From: Glaucostegus cemiculus
Lineage: Eukaryota
DNA: 64,000 nt
Direction of reading: 5' to 3'
NCBI GenBank assembly: GCA_976551045.1
Contig: CDPCPM010000037.1
Span: 14,012,001-14,076,000 of the forward strand
Shown here piece by piece: positions 36,836-49,385 of the stretch. A model generated the notes under the pieces. That model ran no database searches and was not told the origin of the DNA. It saw only the letters and a list, made by a program, of their open reading frames with translations. How positions within the stretch are numbered: the stretch's first letter is position 1; every line of letters begins with the position of its first letter. The position numbers were made by a program, and so were the translations under genes.

Positions 36836-38044
36836 CATAATGTAGTGTTAAATGAGCTAAAAACTCAATTAAAATAGCCTGCATGGAAACTTAACATGAA
36901 TGTATTATGCAGTACACCAATACATTGTGGAACTTCTTGCATAGGGAGTTAAAAGTGTTCACCGTGTCAGGTAAAAACTAGAGCAGACTTGATTGTGAGT
37001 ACTCTACAATGATAAATAGAGATTCCTTCTGACATTCGCAGCCCACAATGAATGGCCACTTATGCAACACATAAGAGGGCAATTTATGCCTTTGAAGTGG
37101 TATCCCAGTGTGACTCGGGTTGTTCAGGCAGGGGGAAAAGAACAAAGACTGGCAGAAGCAAAAGATTGCTCTCCCATTGCTCTTAATCTCTCATTGTGTC
37201 TTACTACCAGCCCAGGGAACGGGTGAATTCCGATGGAAACATCATGAACAGTGCTCCACAGGACACAAAGAGGATAAAATGACCTATTCAAAAACTTCAA
37301 ATCAACTATTTGATGTGAAAAGAGCTTTTCATGGTGCCCATCCAAATCAGTAAAAGGGTAGAAAGTGAATTATCAAAAGGATTCAGTGACTAAAATCGGC
37401 TATTGAGTTTACACGTGTTCCATCGTACTTTTTATAAATCTGCATTCTGTTGTAATGTAATATTAATTGGAACATACACTGTAATAAATAACTCCAACTA
37501 TATTAAGTATTCCTTTGGGAACTTTCACAATCTATGAGATTTGATCATTTCTGTAAGTAATATACCAACATTAATCAAAGATACATGATTTGTTTCATCC
37601 AATTCACTGCTTTGTTTTAGAAAGATCACTTTTCCAGGAATTTGCTGTATTAACCTGGGGAAGTTAAGTTTCCTGGAGCAAGAAACTGCAGATGTTGGAA
37701 ATCTGAAAGACAGGAAAATCCTGCAAGCACTCAGCAGGTCAGGCAATTTTCTTCTGTGATGATAATTAATTGAAGATTTTTCTTTATGATTGCAGTTGTT
37801 CAATTTTTGTCCTTGATTAAGCACAATTATAGGAAACAAGAATAAAGATATTTTAAAAATGATATTTCTAGGAAAGTTACGATATTTTTCAACTAGTGAT
37901 TATCTTGGCTAAAAAGGAACATTATGGCTCATAATAACATTAGTACCTGGATTTTCTGACAATGGTGTCAATTAAGGCATCCTGATACAATTCGGGGGTT
38001 GGATACGATAACACTCAGGAGATCCTTACAGATAGACTAAAGTG

Positions 38045-38176
38045 GAAACACAAGAGACTGCAGATGCTAGAAATCTGGAGCAACAGACAAAGGAAGCTGA
38101 AGGAACTCAGTGGGTCAGGCAGCATCTATGGAGGGAAATGGACAGTTGACACTTCAGCTCAAAACCTTCATGAAGA
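38045..38176 (-). mobile_element. Penelope-type terminal repeat
   Basis: ACACAAGAGACTGCAGATGCTAGAAATCTGGAGC...GGAACTCAGTGGGTCAGGCAGCATCTATGGAGGGAAATGGACAGTTGAC. Confidence 0.7.
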
Positions 38177-38574
38177 TAGATTACATTGAACCTGAGTGGG
38201 TCCATTACAAGGAACAATTATCTATAGACAATAACTGAAATGATTATGAGAGATTGGTTTAAGGGCAGTTTTATATAAGAAAATAACCAAAAGTAATACT
38301 TTTTAAAACAAATGACATTCTTTCCCTGGATTATCATTGAATAATTGTAGTTACTGTCTCTGCTGAACATTACAAGAAAGATCCATATTGAAGGCTGTGA
38401 CAACTGTGATCCAAGCAAATTAAACAGATCGAAAGCAGTTACTTCTAACGACAGTTAAAATTTTAACATCAGTATTGACATACAACCAGTTTAGATCTGT
38501 TCTCAGTATTTATTCTGGTAGCTTTGTGCCAGTGTTTTCTGCATCAGATGAAGTTATTGGTCCTGAACTGCCAT

Positions 38575-38809
38575 TGTAGCAACTCACGATGTTGGGTTCT
38601 GAAACGCCGTCAGCCGTCGCGGGGAAATGCGCGAGTTCCCGCGATAGTGCCGGAAGGCGGGACTTCCAGTGGGAGTATGACGTCACTTCCGCCAGCCATG
38701 TTTTTTGTAGTTTGGGATATGCGCAGCTTTTGGTGAGTTATTAAAAACGTGCTCGATCGAGTCTCCGTGTCCTCGTGTTCTTTTAAGTCGCACCCTGCTG
38801 GCTGCTACA
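38575..38809 (+). mobile_element. Young CpG-rich solo LTR (235 bp), Gypsy-like
   Basis: Perfect 7-bp terminal inverted repeat TGTAGCA...TGCTACA; exact 4-bp TSD CCAT (38571-38574 and 38810-38813); ATTAAA at 38740-38745; 21 CpGs by my count. Confidence 0.88.
38678..38702 (+). promoter_or_regulatory. Overlapping CRE/ETS motif plus YY1-like site within the solo LTR
   Basis: TGACGTCA (38678-38685) overlaps CACTTCCG (38684-38691), followed by GCCATGTT. A second CCGGAAG lies at 38650-38656. Confidence 0.5.
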
Positions 38810-39289
38810 CCATCATGATAATATAAAGCTGACAGCACCAATGGACTTCTGTACACATGCAGTCAGACACAGATATTCAAAAGCTGCCATCAGTAATGGT
38901 GAAATCGTCTACAGGTATGTCGGCTCTTTGATGTTGCTGGTTACTAAGCAAATACCAGGTGGTCGAGGTGTCAAATTTACAGAGATAGAGATAACCTCAT
39001 TTATAAATTTAAGTAATTGTAAATTCACTTGGCCTCTAAATCTTATCTAAGAAATTATTCACTAAGTTGAAATCAATATCTTTGAAGCATCCACTCTAAA
39101 CGTTGAAGTCCAATGGATAACATTTTTCAATACTTCCTGCATACCTGATCTCACATCCTGTTCTGAAATTCTTACCTCGACAAAACTGTCTTCATTGAAA
39201 TGCATAAATCTTACATATTTAAACAACATTAAAACTTTACACAGAGCCAATAACTCTTCTAACCACTACTGTATAATACATTAAATCAT

Positions 39290-39682
39290 AAAATAATAGA
39301 ACAATACAGCACAATACAGGTCCTTCGGCCCACAATGTTGCACCGACCTTTAAACCTCACCTAAGACTATCTAACCTCTATCTCCCTCATATCCCTCTAT
39401 TTAAAATTCCTCCATATGCTTATCTAACAATCTCTTGAATTTAACCAACCTACCTGCCTCCACCACCACCCCAGGCACCACATTCCATGCCCTAACCACT
39501 CTCTCTCGGAGTAAAAAACCTCCCTCTGATTTCTCCCTTGAACTTCCCAACCATTACTTTAAAGCTATGCCCTCTTGTATTGAGCATTGTTGCCCTGGGA
39601 AAGAGCGCACTGGCTGTCTACTCTATTCCTCCTAATATTTTGTACACCTCTATCATGTCTCCTCTCATCATCCTCCTTTCCA
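39290..39682 (-). mobile_element. Young CR1 LINE 3' end
   Basis: Highly similar to 55600-55985 and to the reverse complement of 16965-17263. Confidence 0.9.
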
Positions 39683-39689
39683 ACAGTTT

Positions 39690-40645
39690 GCCCCAGTGTT
39701 AATGCTAGTGGTTATAGTTGCTTCCAAAAATCAATAAGATGGCTATAGGTTTATTATTCTTAACAGCAGGCTAAAGTGTGCAACATTCCAGGATCCACCA
39801 GCACACTTAACCATTTCTACTGTGTGTACAGTATCCCAGTGGGACTGCTCCATAATTTTGTTCCTTTACATTGAAGGTAAATGTTTGCTCCTTTACAATA
39901 GAAGGTATTTGTCCTGCCATCTTTAAGGCAGTAACTTGTTCATGGTAATTTGGCACAATTATAGCTTTGGACTACCTTTAGCCCTATTGACTCCATAACA
40001 TCTATAGCAAGACCTGTTCCTTGCAGACTTCCTGCCTTTTGTATTTGCACAAGCTCCTTGCTTCCCACCAAACCTTTGGCTGCGAGGATGACAACCACAT
40101 CTTCATTATCAATTCTATGGGCTTGTTCACTGGTTGCATCTCTGAAATGTTTGCACCTTGCATACTCTAGACAAACTGCCTTGGTGTCATCTCCATACAT
40201 GCTGCTTGAACCTTGAGTCTAACTTATGAAATAGTTTCATCTGAATTCTCTTATTCACCAATCTGTACCTCAGATTAAACATTATGGGGTCATGTACAAA
40301 GGTCTGGAAATGATGCCTTTTTTTGTTGGCTTCATCTGCCCGACCATGTACTTGCCTATTCCTTTCTTTGGTCTTTGGTTGCATGTACCAAGCTTGTAAT
40401 TGTTGAAATCCCTTCTGGGACCAGACTGAAATCTCCCTTCAGGGTTCTCACTAGAACCTCATACAATGCCATGTCTGTAGTTCACAGTACTAAGGACTCA
40501 CTAACATCTCACAATTCACCTGCCCCACAAGAAGCAACATCACCTTCCTCTTCCTGCTTAGAGCCACGTTACTCTGTTCTGTGTTCAACAATAATGATCG
40601 CCTCCTGTTTTCAACAATAATCAGACCTCTCAATACCTACCATGT
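39690..40645 (-). mobile_element. Ty3/Gypsy gag (to possible protease) relic
   Basis: Across frames the minus strand gives YEVLVRTLKGDFS, YKLGTCNQRPKKGIGKYM and LRYRLVNKRIQMKL. These resemble Gypsy Gag motifs FDELVKLLKEHF, FHSRNQKPGESVAEY and LRDRLV..IQRKL, in the correct order. Confidence 0.55.
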
Positions 40646-40859
40646 CAGCTGTCTGTTGTCATCTAGTTAGAGAAATTCCCTATTTATCAGCATCAATAGG
40701 ACTGTTTCAAGCACCAATATCCTAAATTCACTGGCAGTGTAGTGTTCATGGGCTCAGTAGTGTTGTCTATTACCAAAGCAAATAACAGAGATGGAGGGAT
40801 CAATATAACAATATTTAGTGAAGGCAGGAAACTCAATCAACAGGAAAGTCTTAGCTTCA

Positions 40860-41235
40860 AATCCTGGGCCTCTGTACCTCCATCTGCAACTCAATTCTTG
40901 ACTTCCATAGCGGGAGACCACAGTCAGTGCAGATCTGTAATAACATCTCTGCCTCGCTGACTATTCACACAGGCACACCTCAAGGATGCCCTCATCTCAG
41001 TACTACCATTGGGGAAGAGGTTCAGGAGCCTGAAGACCCACACTCAATGATTTAGGAACAGCTTCTTCCCCTCTTCTATCAGATTTCTGAACAGGCCATG
41101 AACACAACCTCATTATTTCTTTCCGCACCATTTGTTTATATAGTGATTTATGGTAATTTTATGTCTTTGCACTGTACTGCAGCTGCAAAACAACAAATTT
41201 CACATTATAACTCAGCGATAATAACTGATTCTGAT
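40860..41235 (+). mobile_element. Internally deleted Rex1-like element
   Basis: TCTGCAACTCAATTCTTGACTTCC...ACAGGCACACCTCAAGGATGC (TGTPQGC) is joined directly to the ORF end ([11 protein letters not shown]...RNSFFP) and 3'UTR. Confidence 0.7.
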
Positions 41236-41819
41236 AAAAGGATAAAGGTTGTGCAACATGTTACACTCAGATTTAAGGTATACTTGCATTAGAAACAACC
41301 ATTTCAGAATTATGGGTTGAGATAATGTACTAAATTAAGAAAACCCACAGAATGCAAGGACACTTATTGTGAGCAACTGAAGTGTGCAACTTGGTGAGCA
41401 AGAACATTTAATCCTTGCTATTGGTTAGAAGTAAGATTGAAACATAGAAAGCAGTATTATTTGATAATCAAATTAGATTCATTTGGTAAAAATTTGGTCT
41501 ATCATTTAATTAAAAAAATTTGTTTAGTAAAATGAGAAATATTAATGCAAGAAAAATGAATGTTTGCACTCAGTGCAAGGTCAGGCATGGTATTTCAAAA
41601 GTAGGCATAGACCCCAATTTTCAAAATAGTGCCTTAGGTAGAAGCAATGAAATAATGAGATTTGTGACCTCCAAAAAGGCAGAGCTAACTTAATGGCTAA
41701 ATCCTTGTAAACATATAGTTTTAACTCAAGACTTGCATCCACAAGCATCTACAGCAATGTTCCAAACTTGTTGCATTCAGAACATGCTAACCTTGCAAGA
41801 ATTTTAAGTTTCAAGGAGA

Positions 41820-42045
41820 TCCAGCAAGAGAAGACATTTATCCTGGTGTTCTGGTCAATATGTATCCCTAAAACAGATTATCTGGTCATTGCAATATTGT
41901 TACTTGTGGAAGATTCCTGTGTTCAGTTCAGCTACTGCATCTCCTGCATCATGATTACACTTCAAATGTGCTTTATCTTCCACAAAGAAGTTCAAATTCT
42001 CCTGAATTTGTGAACTGTGCTATGCAAATGCATGGTTTTTCTTTC
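41820..42045 (+). mobile_element. DeuSINE (SacSINE1/AmnSINE1-like) fragment
   Basis: AAAACAGATTATCTGGTCATT...TTGTGGAAGATTCCTGTG matches the Deu-domain pattern as I recall it. The tail TGCTATGCAAATGCA is L2-like. Confidence 0.65.
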
Positions 42046-42269
42046 TTATACCATGAAGGAAAACTTGAATGCAGATTTCCGTACCAAACACATCAGCTAT
42101 AACCAAAGGATAGGCAGTATATGGTAATCAACCTATTGTACTTATTACTGTTCCCTCCTTCCCCAGGGAATTTGTCTTGTTCTTGTTGGTGCAATAAGCA
42201 GGTATGGGTGGTGTTATTACAGCTTTAATATCAAATGATCATCATCTTAGATAGCTTTGGAATGAAACA

Positions 42270-42455
42270 AAAAAATAGCATCACTCATGACTCCAGAGTG
42301 CTTTACAGTCAAAGAAATAGTTTCCAGAGAATGGTAAGTAATATAACATACAACCAAATAATCCACAGCACAATGTTTCAAAGAGAAAAAAGGATGGAAT
42401 TTGTCTTTAATGTGTACGAGTGAGGGCTAAATATTGATCAAGATGCTGATGAACT
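42270..42455 (-). mobile_element. Decayed DeuSINE fragment, opposite orientation
   Basis: AGAGTGCTTTACAGTCAAAGAA and GAGGGCTAAATATTGATCAAGA are reverse-strand Deu-like segments. Confidence 0.45.
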
Positions 42456-42469
42456 ATTATGCAAGAATT

Positions 42470-42645
42470 TTGACAACTCTGATTCACCAATGTCTTTTAA
42501 GGGAGGAAATCTTCCATCCTTGTCCAGTTTGGCTTATGTGTCTCTAAAGCACTAATGTGATTGACTCCTTAGTTCATGGGAAATTGAGAATAGATATTAA
42601 ATGATATTAGATATTACCAGAGACATCCACAGACTAATGAATGAA
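42470..42645 (+). mobile_element. SINE 3' half sharing its tail with the CR1/L2-group LINE of 4320-5380
   Basis: CTGATTCACCAATGTCTTTTAAGGGAGGAAATCTTCCATCCTT...CCAGAGACATCCACAGACTAATGAATGAAT. Confidence 0.5.
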
Positions 42646-44785
42646 TGGACAAATTTTGAGATACAATGATTTTAATTCTACTAAAAGACAGCTGCATAGT
42701 TCTTAGATCACATAGTATTAAGGTTTTGTGCAAATTATAAATCAGTTTCAATGAAAAATAAATTGTACGTTAAAACCGGGGACTTACTGAGAATTGCATG
42801 GGGAATAGTTTTCTTTATGGGTTCTCCACACATTTGTTTACCAGGAGTCCAGACTTGTACAGTAGCACAACTGGACATCTTTTCTAGGATTTTCATTTAC
42901 ATGTGTGTGGCTCATGGATAATGCAGGTCATATGTGCAGAGGTTTACGTTGCCAATTTCAATGTTACTTAAACTTAGATTTATTTATCAGTCTTAGCCCT
43001 TAAAGTTTTGTGCTAGTAATCTGCCCAAGGAAAGTTCCCAGCTTCAGTTTTAAACCCTCACCTGACACCCCCTACATTATGCCAACGTTGCCTCTCCCCA
43101 ACTGGCTAAATGATCCCCACCACTGATCCTTAGTAGCTGACTATTACATCCAACCAACCGCTCCCCTCCGCCCCACCCCAACCTAAACAACTCATTTGCC
43201 TGACCTAACCCCTCTGCCACTTCCTGGACAACCTGTTTTTGTCCTGGTCACTGACTCCCATAAATGAGCCGCAACCCTCCATCCAATCTCTCGCTGTACC
43301 CTTTCAGACTCCCCCCCCAACCCCCCCTCTCCATCTTGAACATACTTCAGCTTTTTTGTTCTCTCTGCAAAAGGGAAGGTCTATTCAGTGGCATAATTCA
43401 AATCTCCTGTATTTATGAACCTTTGAGCAGTAGGCCCTGAAGCAAAATGATTTTTTTGGCCAGACATGCATTAGTAGATTAACACACCATTCAATTTCCT
43501 GGTAAGCACCTCTTGTAGTCCCTCATTAGTGAACTAAAATGATAGTCAATTCTAGATTTTGTGCTCAGTTGAATTCCTAAATGGGACCGTCTCCATGAAG
43601 CAAAGTGCAGTTGCAATTTCCAGGGGAATGCAATGAAACAAATATTTTCTGGGTTAATTGCTTTTGTGGTCAAAGGAGGAGCAATCAAAATGTAGTACAG
43701 AAACATCATACGGATACACAAATACAAAGAATCAGAAAAGTATATCAGTTTGGCAGCTGTACATCATCCTACAATCATTTCCTTTTTGGTCATTTTCACC
43801 ATGTTTAAATAATAACTGGAGACTAAGACAGAAGTTTACACAATTCAAAATCCAGTTTCCAGCAGAAGCAAAAGGGCAAAGTTCATAAAGAACTCTATAT
43901 TTCCTCCTGAAACTATTGCTCAGTCAGGGAATAGCCATTCATTTGAAAGCAAATTTTAACTCTATCATTTGATAAGGTACCTATTGATAACTTCAACCTG
44001 CAAAGCAACTAGAATCTGCATGGCTGACTGCTCAGAAAAATGAGATTTCCCAAGAGTCTACTTCTGATTGCTTCATGTCGTGACAGATGGTCAATACTGC
44101 TTTACTGAGGACGAAGACTTTGGAAACAAGTATGAGGAAGTAAAAATGTAGGAAAATGCATCACTGAATTAACCTCATTTAAATGTAATAATTATTGAAA
44201 TGAATTTGGTATTTCAAGTCAAAAGATTCAATGCTTTTTCTTTTTTAAATGATGATTGATTGAAAAATTCAAATTCATTTACATGGCAAAGCCAGGGTAT
44301 GAAAATGAATTTTAAAATAGCTTTTTCAATTCTTTGTTGCCAGTGTAGATAAATGATTTAATTTATATTTCAATATATCTGTACAATGCCAATTATAATC
44401 AAATTAGCAAAAGTACGCAGCAGTGAAACAAGGAATACAATTTACTGACCTTGAAAAATTCATCCTGGCTATTACAAAGTTATACAAATTTGGAATCCTG
44501 TCATTTCCCCCACATGATTTTACTGCAGCTTTTGGATGAAATTAGTGGTATGTTTTCTGTGGAGAATGTGCGGTTGAGGGGGAGGGTGTTGTCCAATCTG
44601 CTGCTGCACCATTGGCTTTCATGCTGTGTTACCAGTGTTCCTGTCAAAACTCTGCTGGGCAATTCCCACACAATTTTTAGGTGAAATAAAACTGAAGCAT
44701 GTATTAAAACAGCAAAGCAGTGAAAAATGTTCCAGGTCAATTTAAAGATTGTAAGAAACCGAGCAAAAGGTTCAATTTTTTAATA

Positions 44786-44837
44786 TTATATATATATATA
44801 TATATACACACACACATATACATAAGCACACATACAC
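44786..44837 (+). repeat. Compound (TA)n(CA)n microsatellite
   Basis: Directly visible. Confidence 0.9.
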
Positions 44838-47204
44838 TTACAGATCCTTTTATCTAATCCTTTATTAAAGATCAATGGCTCAATGTGTTTTGCTCTCCAT
44901 GGATGTGCCCCATTTGCGGATTTTCTTCAGCATTTTGTTTTTATTTCAAATTTCCTGCGTCCATGTTATTTTTCTTTATTGTAGGTTAAACCCTTTACCT
45001 GCCTGTGTATCTGATCACTTAGTGTTTATTTTGCCTATAAATCTAGTTAACTAGATTTTATATTTTCTGTGTGATGGCATTTCATAATGTACTCACCACG
45101 TTGAATAGTCCACTTCCCTTTGTGTTTGAACTTTTGCTCCTTCACAGTAAACAATTTATCTGGATTTTTTTTCTGACAGATCCCTCCTTAATCTCAAAAC
45201 CATCAAAGGCATAAAACTACTTCCTTATTCTGAACAAGCCACTGTATATTAAGGCTTGAATTTTTCTTGACGTGGCCCCTAGTACACCATTGTAATTTTC
45301 ATAGATTCAAGGTGGAAGGTCCATAACAGCTTTTGGTATTAATAAAAGAAGCAGTTTCAAGAAACTTAATAGCCCTAACAATATACTTTATGTAAAAGTA
45401 AAGCTAAGTTATTAGGGAAACACCAACATCTGGAAGATTAATGCATTGATAAAAGCAGCAAACTCCTTTAAATTAATAGAAAATGACTAATCAGAAAATA
45501 TAATTTCCTCACCATTATATGCTTCACCAAATTAACCAGAATTCAGTATGGACTAGGTACTCCGAGTGAATTAGGAGGTGTCAGCTTACATTTGTGAGGC
45601 CCTAAATGAATCATGCCACCATTCCATCCACAACAAGGACGCCCATAGTCACCTAGCAATATCAGGTCAACATCAGTCTTAAAATTACATCTCAAACAGT
45701 AGGCTGATCTCCTACACCACTGAAGAACAGGAACATGCTAAAGCTGCCTTAATTTATCAACACTCCCTACATAGAGTAAATAAAATCAATGTTAACTGAT
45801 GCACAGCAAATCAACCAACAGATCACTGCTTCTCCTCTATTGCCACTGTCACATGCGTGACTTCTGTCTCACCTGGTGCTGAATCCATCTGCGTCCATTG
45901 TGAAGCTGGTACATATGTTGATTGGAGAATGCAGGGTTCTACCTTCTTCTAGTCCAAAGGTAATGCTAATAGGATGATCCTCTTGGACTGTTATGGCATG
46001 AAACAAATAATAATTAGAGTAGAGTATCGGTTGTAAGAAACGTCACCAAGTACCTTATCTTACAATTTACTGTGATCTAAACTTCAGTATGTGAAAAGAA
46101 GGAAAACAGATACAGGCATTATGTGTCTGTTTTTACCTCAGTACTTTACATATTCATACTCTACTGCCCAGGGTGACCTCCTCCGAAGAAATGATTTCTG
46201 AGCTACTTAACTGGATATGTCACTTGAATGACTAACAATGAGACCCACAGGAGGAGGAAGCGGTGTTCCACTTTGCTAAGGATTAAATTTAGACTTTAGT
46301 GCCCAATTTATACTCTATACTTTTGGCATTAGTGTGGTCAAAAGTAGTTCATATCATTGCTGAAGTGTAGCTGAATTGAGCTGTATTCAGCTTTGCTCAC
46401 CTGGCCATAAGACGGAGACACTGATGATAATTCAGTAAAGTACCAGAATTGTAAGGGTGCATAGATATGGTTACCAGAAATGAACAAAACTAAGATTAAG
46501 ACAAAATGTCCTACATATAGTCACCTTCCAAAGTGCAAAACTATTATTGTTCTCAAAGAACTGTCACTGTAATGTGTAATTTCTTTTCTTTTTTTTATGG
46601 ATCACTTTGAGCTGATCTTTCTGAAGATATTCAGCTCATTCTAACATTTTCATTCTAATTATCATTTACAGCAGCTGCTGCTAGTCAGCTGTCTCCAGAA
46701 TGAGGGAAATTAGGACATGCAATACAATGAATAAAGGACAGGTTTTGCTATAACATTTTCCAGCAGAAAAATACCTCATTACAGTCATATCTGTAACTAA
46801 GCAACTGAGCTGATAAAAAGTAAATAACATGTGATATTACAACATAACATTTACTGTTAAGAAATAACATATGGAAGCTAAAATAATTATATATGAACAG
46901 CTATATTGTTAAATACAAAAAGAAGGCAGTGTGCATTAGTTCATCATGTGTACATTGTGGACTGTGCAAGCCACATTGCATGGAAACAATTGCCAAGATC
47001 AAAGCTGGGTGTTCATAAATATATCACAGGAATACAGGGTAGATTTTCTAAATATGCATTACCAATGAAAAATACATCAGGTACTTGTAGAAGCACCACC
47101 CATTAAATTCTGTCCTCTAACCCATACTGCCCCCCCACCACAAAAAAAGGCAACATGCATATGATTTCCTGATTGCTTCTATTCTAGTCAGTAAACATGA
47201 AAAA

Positions 47205-47315
47205 AAAAGAGAATTGCACTTACATTGATGTCTCAAACTATTTAACAACCAATCAACTGCTGTTCAAACTGTAATCACTATGGCAGTGTAGAAAAACATG
47301 GCAGCAATTTGGATT
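47205..47315 (-). mobile_element. DeuSINE 3' fragment
   Basis: GTAATCACTATGGCAGTGTAGAAAAACATGGCAGCAATTT is a reverse match to the 41920-41960 region. Confidence 0.45.
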
Positions 47316-48925
47316 CCTGCTATCAAAGCCAAGATTAACAGTTGGATGTATTCAAAGAAAGAGAACAATGTTGGTCTAAGGTCTTAAAATCAGTGAAGGA
47401 TTACTTGCGTTCAGTATGCTATTAATAATAAAAAGGTGCAAATTTAGGATATGAAGTTTTAAACTCATGAGAAAGATATAGATGGAATGGACAAGGGGAC
47501 ATATTTTGTTTTGAGTGTGAGAATAAGCTAAGGAGTTCAATTAACTAACTTGACCTCAAAGGAATGACATTTCCACATTGTATTATTTTATATTGCATCA
47601 TGCACAATTCACAAAATCAGATGATAAATTGTCTTATTAAGCCCATTCACCTCATCAAGAAATCAAAGAAACATTACATTAAATCTACATAACTACAATA
47701 ACTCTAGGCAGCAACCAGCACACATATAAAAACATTCCAGAATTTGCACAGGACTGATGGACAGACATCGGATTCCCCTCAAGATGAGAGAAGGGAAAAG
47801 GAAAGGGGAATGACGTTAGCAAGCAGGTCACTCTTTCCAGTACACTTTCAAACATTCATTTCAAGAATAGTGCTGGTGATGTATTGAGAGAGAATGTTTG
47901 AATGCAGCAGTGGTGGGAGGAGGGTAGCAGAGTCCTCCAGAAACACGGCACAGATTACTGAAGAACCATGCAGGCAGAGGAAACCTTGTGCAATGAACGC
48001 TGATAGCAGGTGAGGGTATGAGTCCCCTTTATGAATGCCTGCACTTAATGGAGTCCTGTACTGGACCTAAAAGCCTCTTTGTAGGGGTGGGGGGGAATTA
48101 ATGCAAAATCTGTATTTTATATATATATTAAAAAATCAATTCCCCTCTTTGCCAAATTGAAGGTTTTTTTCAATGCAGCAATTAACTGCAAAGTGTTATA
48201 TGCCACATATCAGCAATGATCCTGAGACAAGGTTTGAAAGATAAAGGACAACCCTGACTGGAAGAGCAGTGCAGGCTCCTGCATGAGGTTGCACTTCAGT
48301 GCAGCATCATGATCATCTATGTGATGGAAAATGCCACCAGAAGCAAATGTTACTGTTGTATGATTATTGATGTGATTTGGGCAGTACAGATGTCAGGAAA
48401 ATGTAACAGGGCATGGAATTTTCAACCTAAGCTTCCTTATTAATGACTGCTATCAACTCTCATTGAAATGTATGCAATACTTAGTAACATCATTCATCTT
48501 TTGGGTGGTGTGCAGATAAATTTATGGCAAGTTGTGGGAGGGATTCAATTTTCTCCTTATTACAGGTGGGTGGAAGGCATTGTTGGGAGGTCAGTTATTT
48601 AACTGTCAGTGAATGAGGAATGGAAATGTTTTTCTGACCTACACTAGGAGAAAATATGCAGGTTCCTACTGCCCTGCCCTGCCCATGGTCAACGACATCA
48701 ATATCAGTGAGCATTTACAATGTTGGGAATTTGTTTTTCTAGTGAGCAGTCTGTGGATTTGGCATTCACCTTGCAGGTATATGCAGGTGGCCATTGTGTT
48801 TGTTTATCTGAGTGGTGCAGGTTGAAGCTTCTCCATTTGATGGAGAGCTATACATGAGTTGTTGCACAAAGCACTCTACAGGCACTTTGTTGGTGTCAGT
48901 CAACTACAGAAATTCAGGGTGATTG

Positions 48926-49385
48926 ACCTTTCAGAACCTTTCAGAATCAGTTTTATTGTCACAACCATATACATACATGGTACGCATAGGAGCGAGATAC
49001 CATCCTCCACAGGAACACGTCTCATAGAAAAGAATAACATAACAACCAACAGAGAGACACATACACACTTGGCAGAATACACAGTACAAAACATTACCCA
49101 TTAGTTCTTACATAAATAGATCTTAAAGTGAACGGGCTGGTGTCAGGCATTTAAAGTGCTGGTGCATTTCTGTACACCTAGCATCTCCTAGTGTTAACAA
49201 AGGAAGATGGAGGGATGAGAGAGTTTGCAGTTCTTATGGCTTGCGGAAAGAAGCCATTGTTCAGCCTGGACGTTCTTGCCCTGATACATTTAAGCCTCCT
49301 CCCTGATGGCAAAATTGTGAAGAGGTGGTGGGAGGGGTGAGAGGGGTCGGCCATTATGCTTTTTGTCTTCCTCACACAACGGTAG
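48926..49385 (-). mobile_element. Rex1/Babar-like LINE 3' fragment (distinct subfamily)
   Basis: SIMADPSHPSHHLFTILPSGRRLKCIRARTSRLNNGFFPQAIR, then a 3'UTR with AATAAA and a 10-bp tandem at the tail (ACCTTTCAGA x2). Confidence 0.85.

Noticed and set aside
36990-37345. Continuation of a Gypsy pol (integrase) relic
   Set aside because: Only vague resemblance; motifs are too degraded to support a call.
38575-38809. Host-gene CpG island promoter
   Set aside because: The CpG-rich stretch coincides exactly with TG...CA termini and a TSD, so it is an LTR. Any promoter role would be exaptation.
43050-43335. C-rich tract as a G-quadruplex or regulatory element
   Set aside because: It is irregular low-complexity sequence, likely repeat-derived, with no specific evidence of function.
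44449-44640. Minus-strand exon ending at AAG|GTCAGT
   Set aside because: All three frames contain stops from the better acceptors; only a weak acceptor gives a short open frame.
45039-45058. Perfect 20-bp palindrome AAATCTAGTTAACTAGATTT
   Set aside because: It is real, but one such AT-rich palindrome in 64 kb is not clearly beyond chance and has no supporting context.
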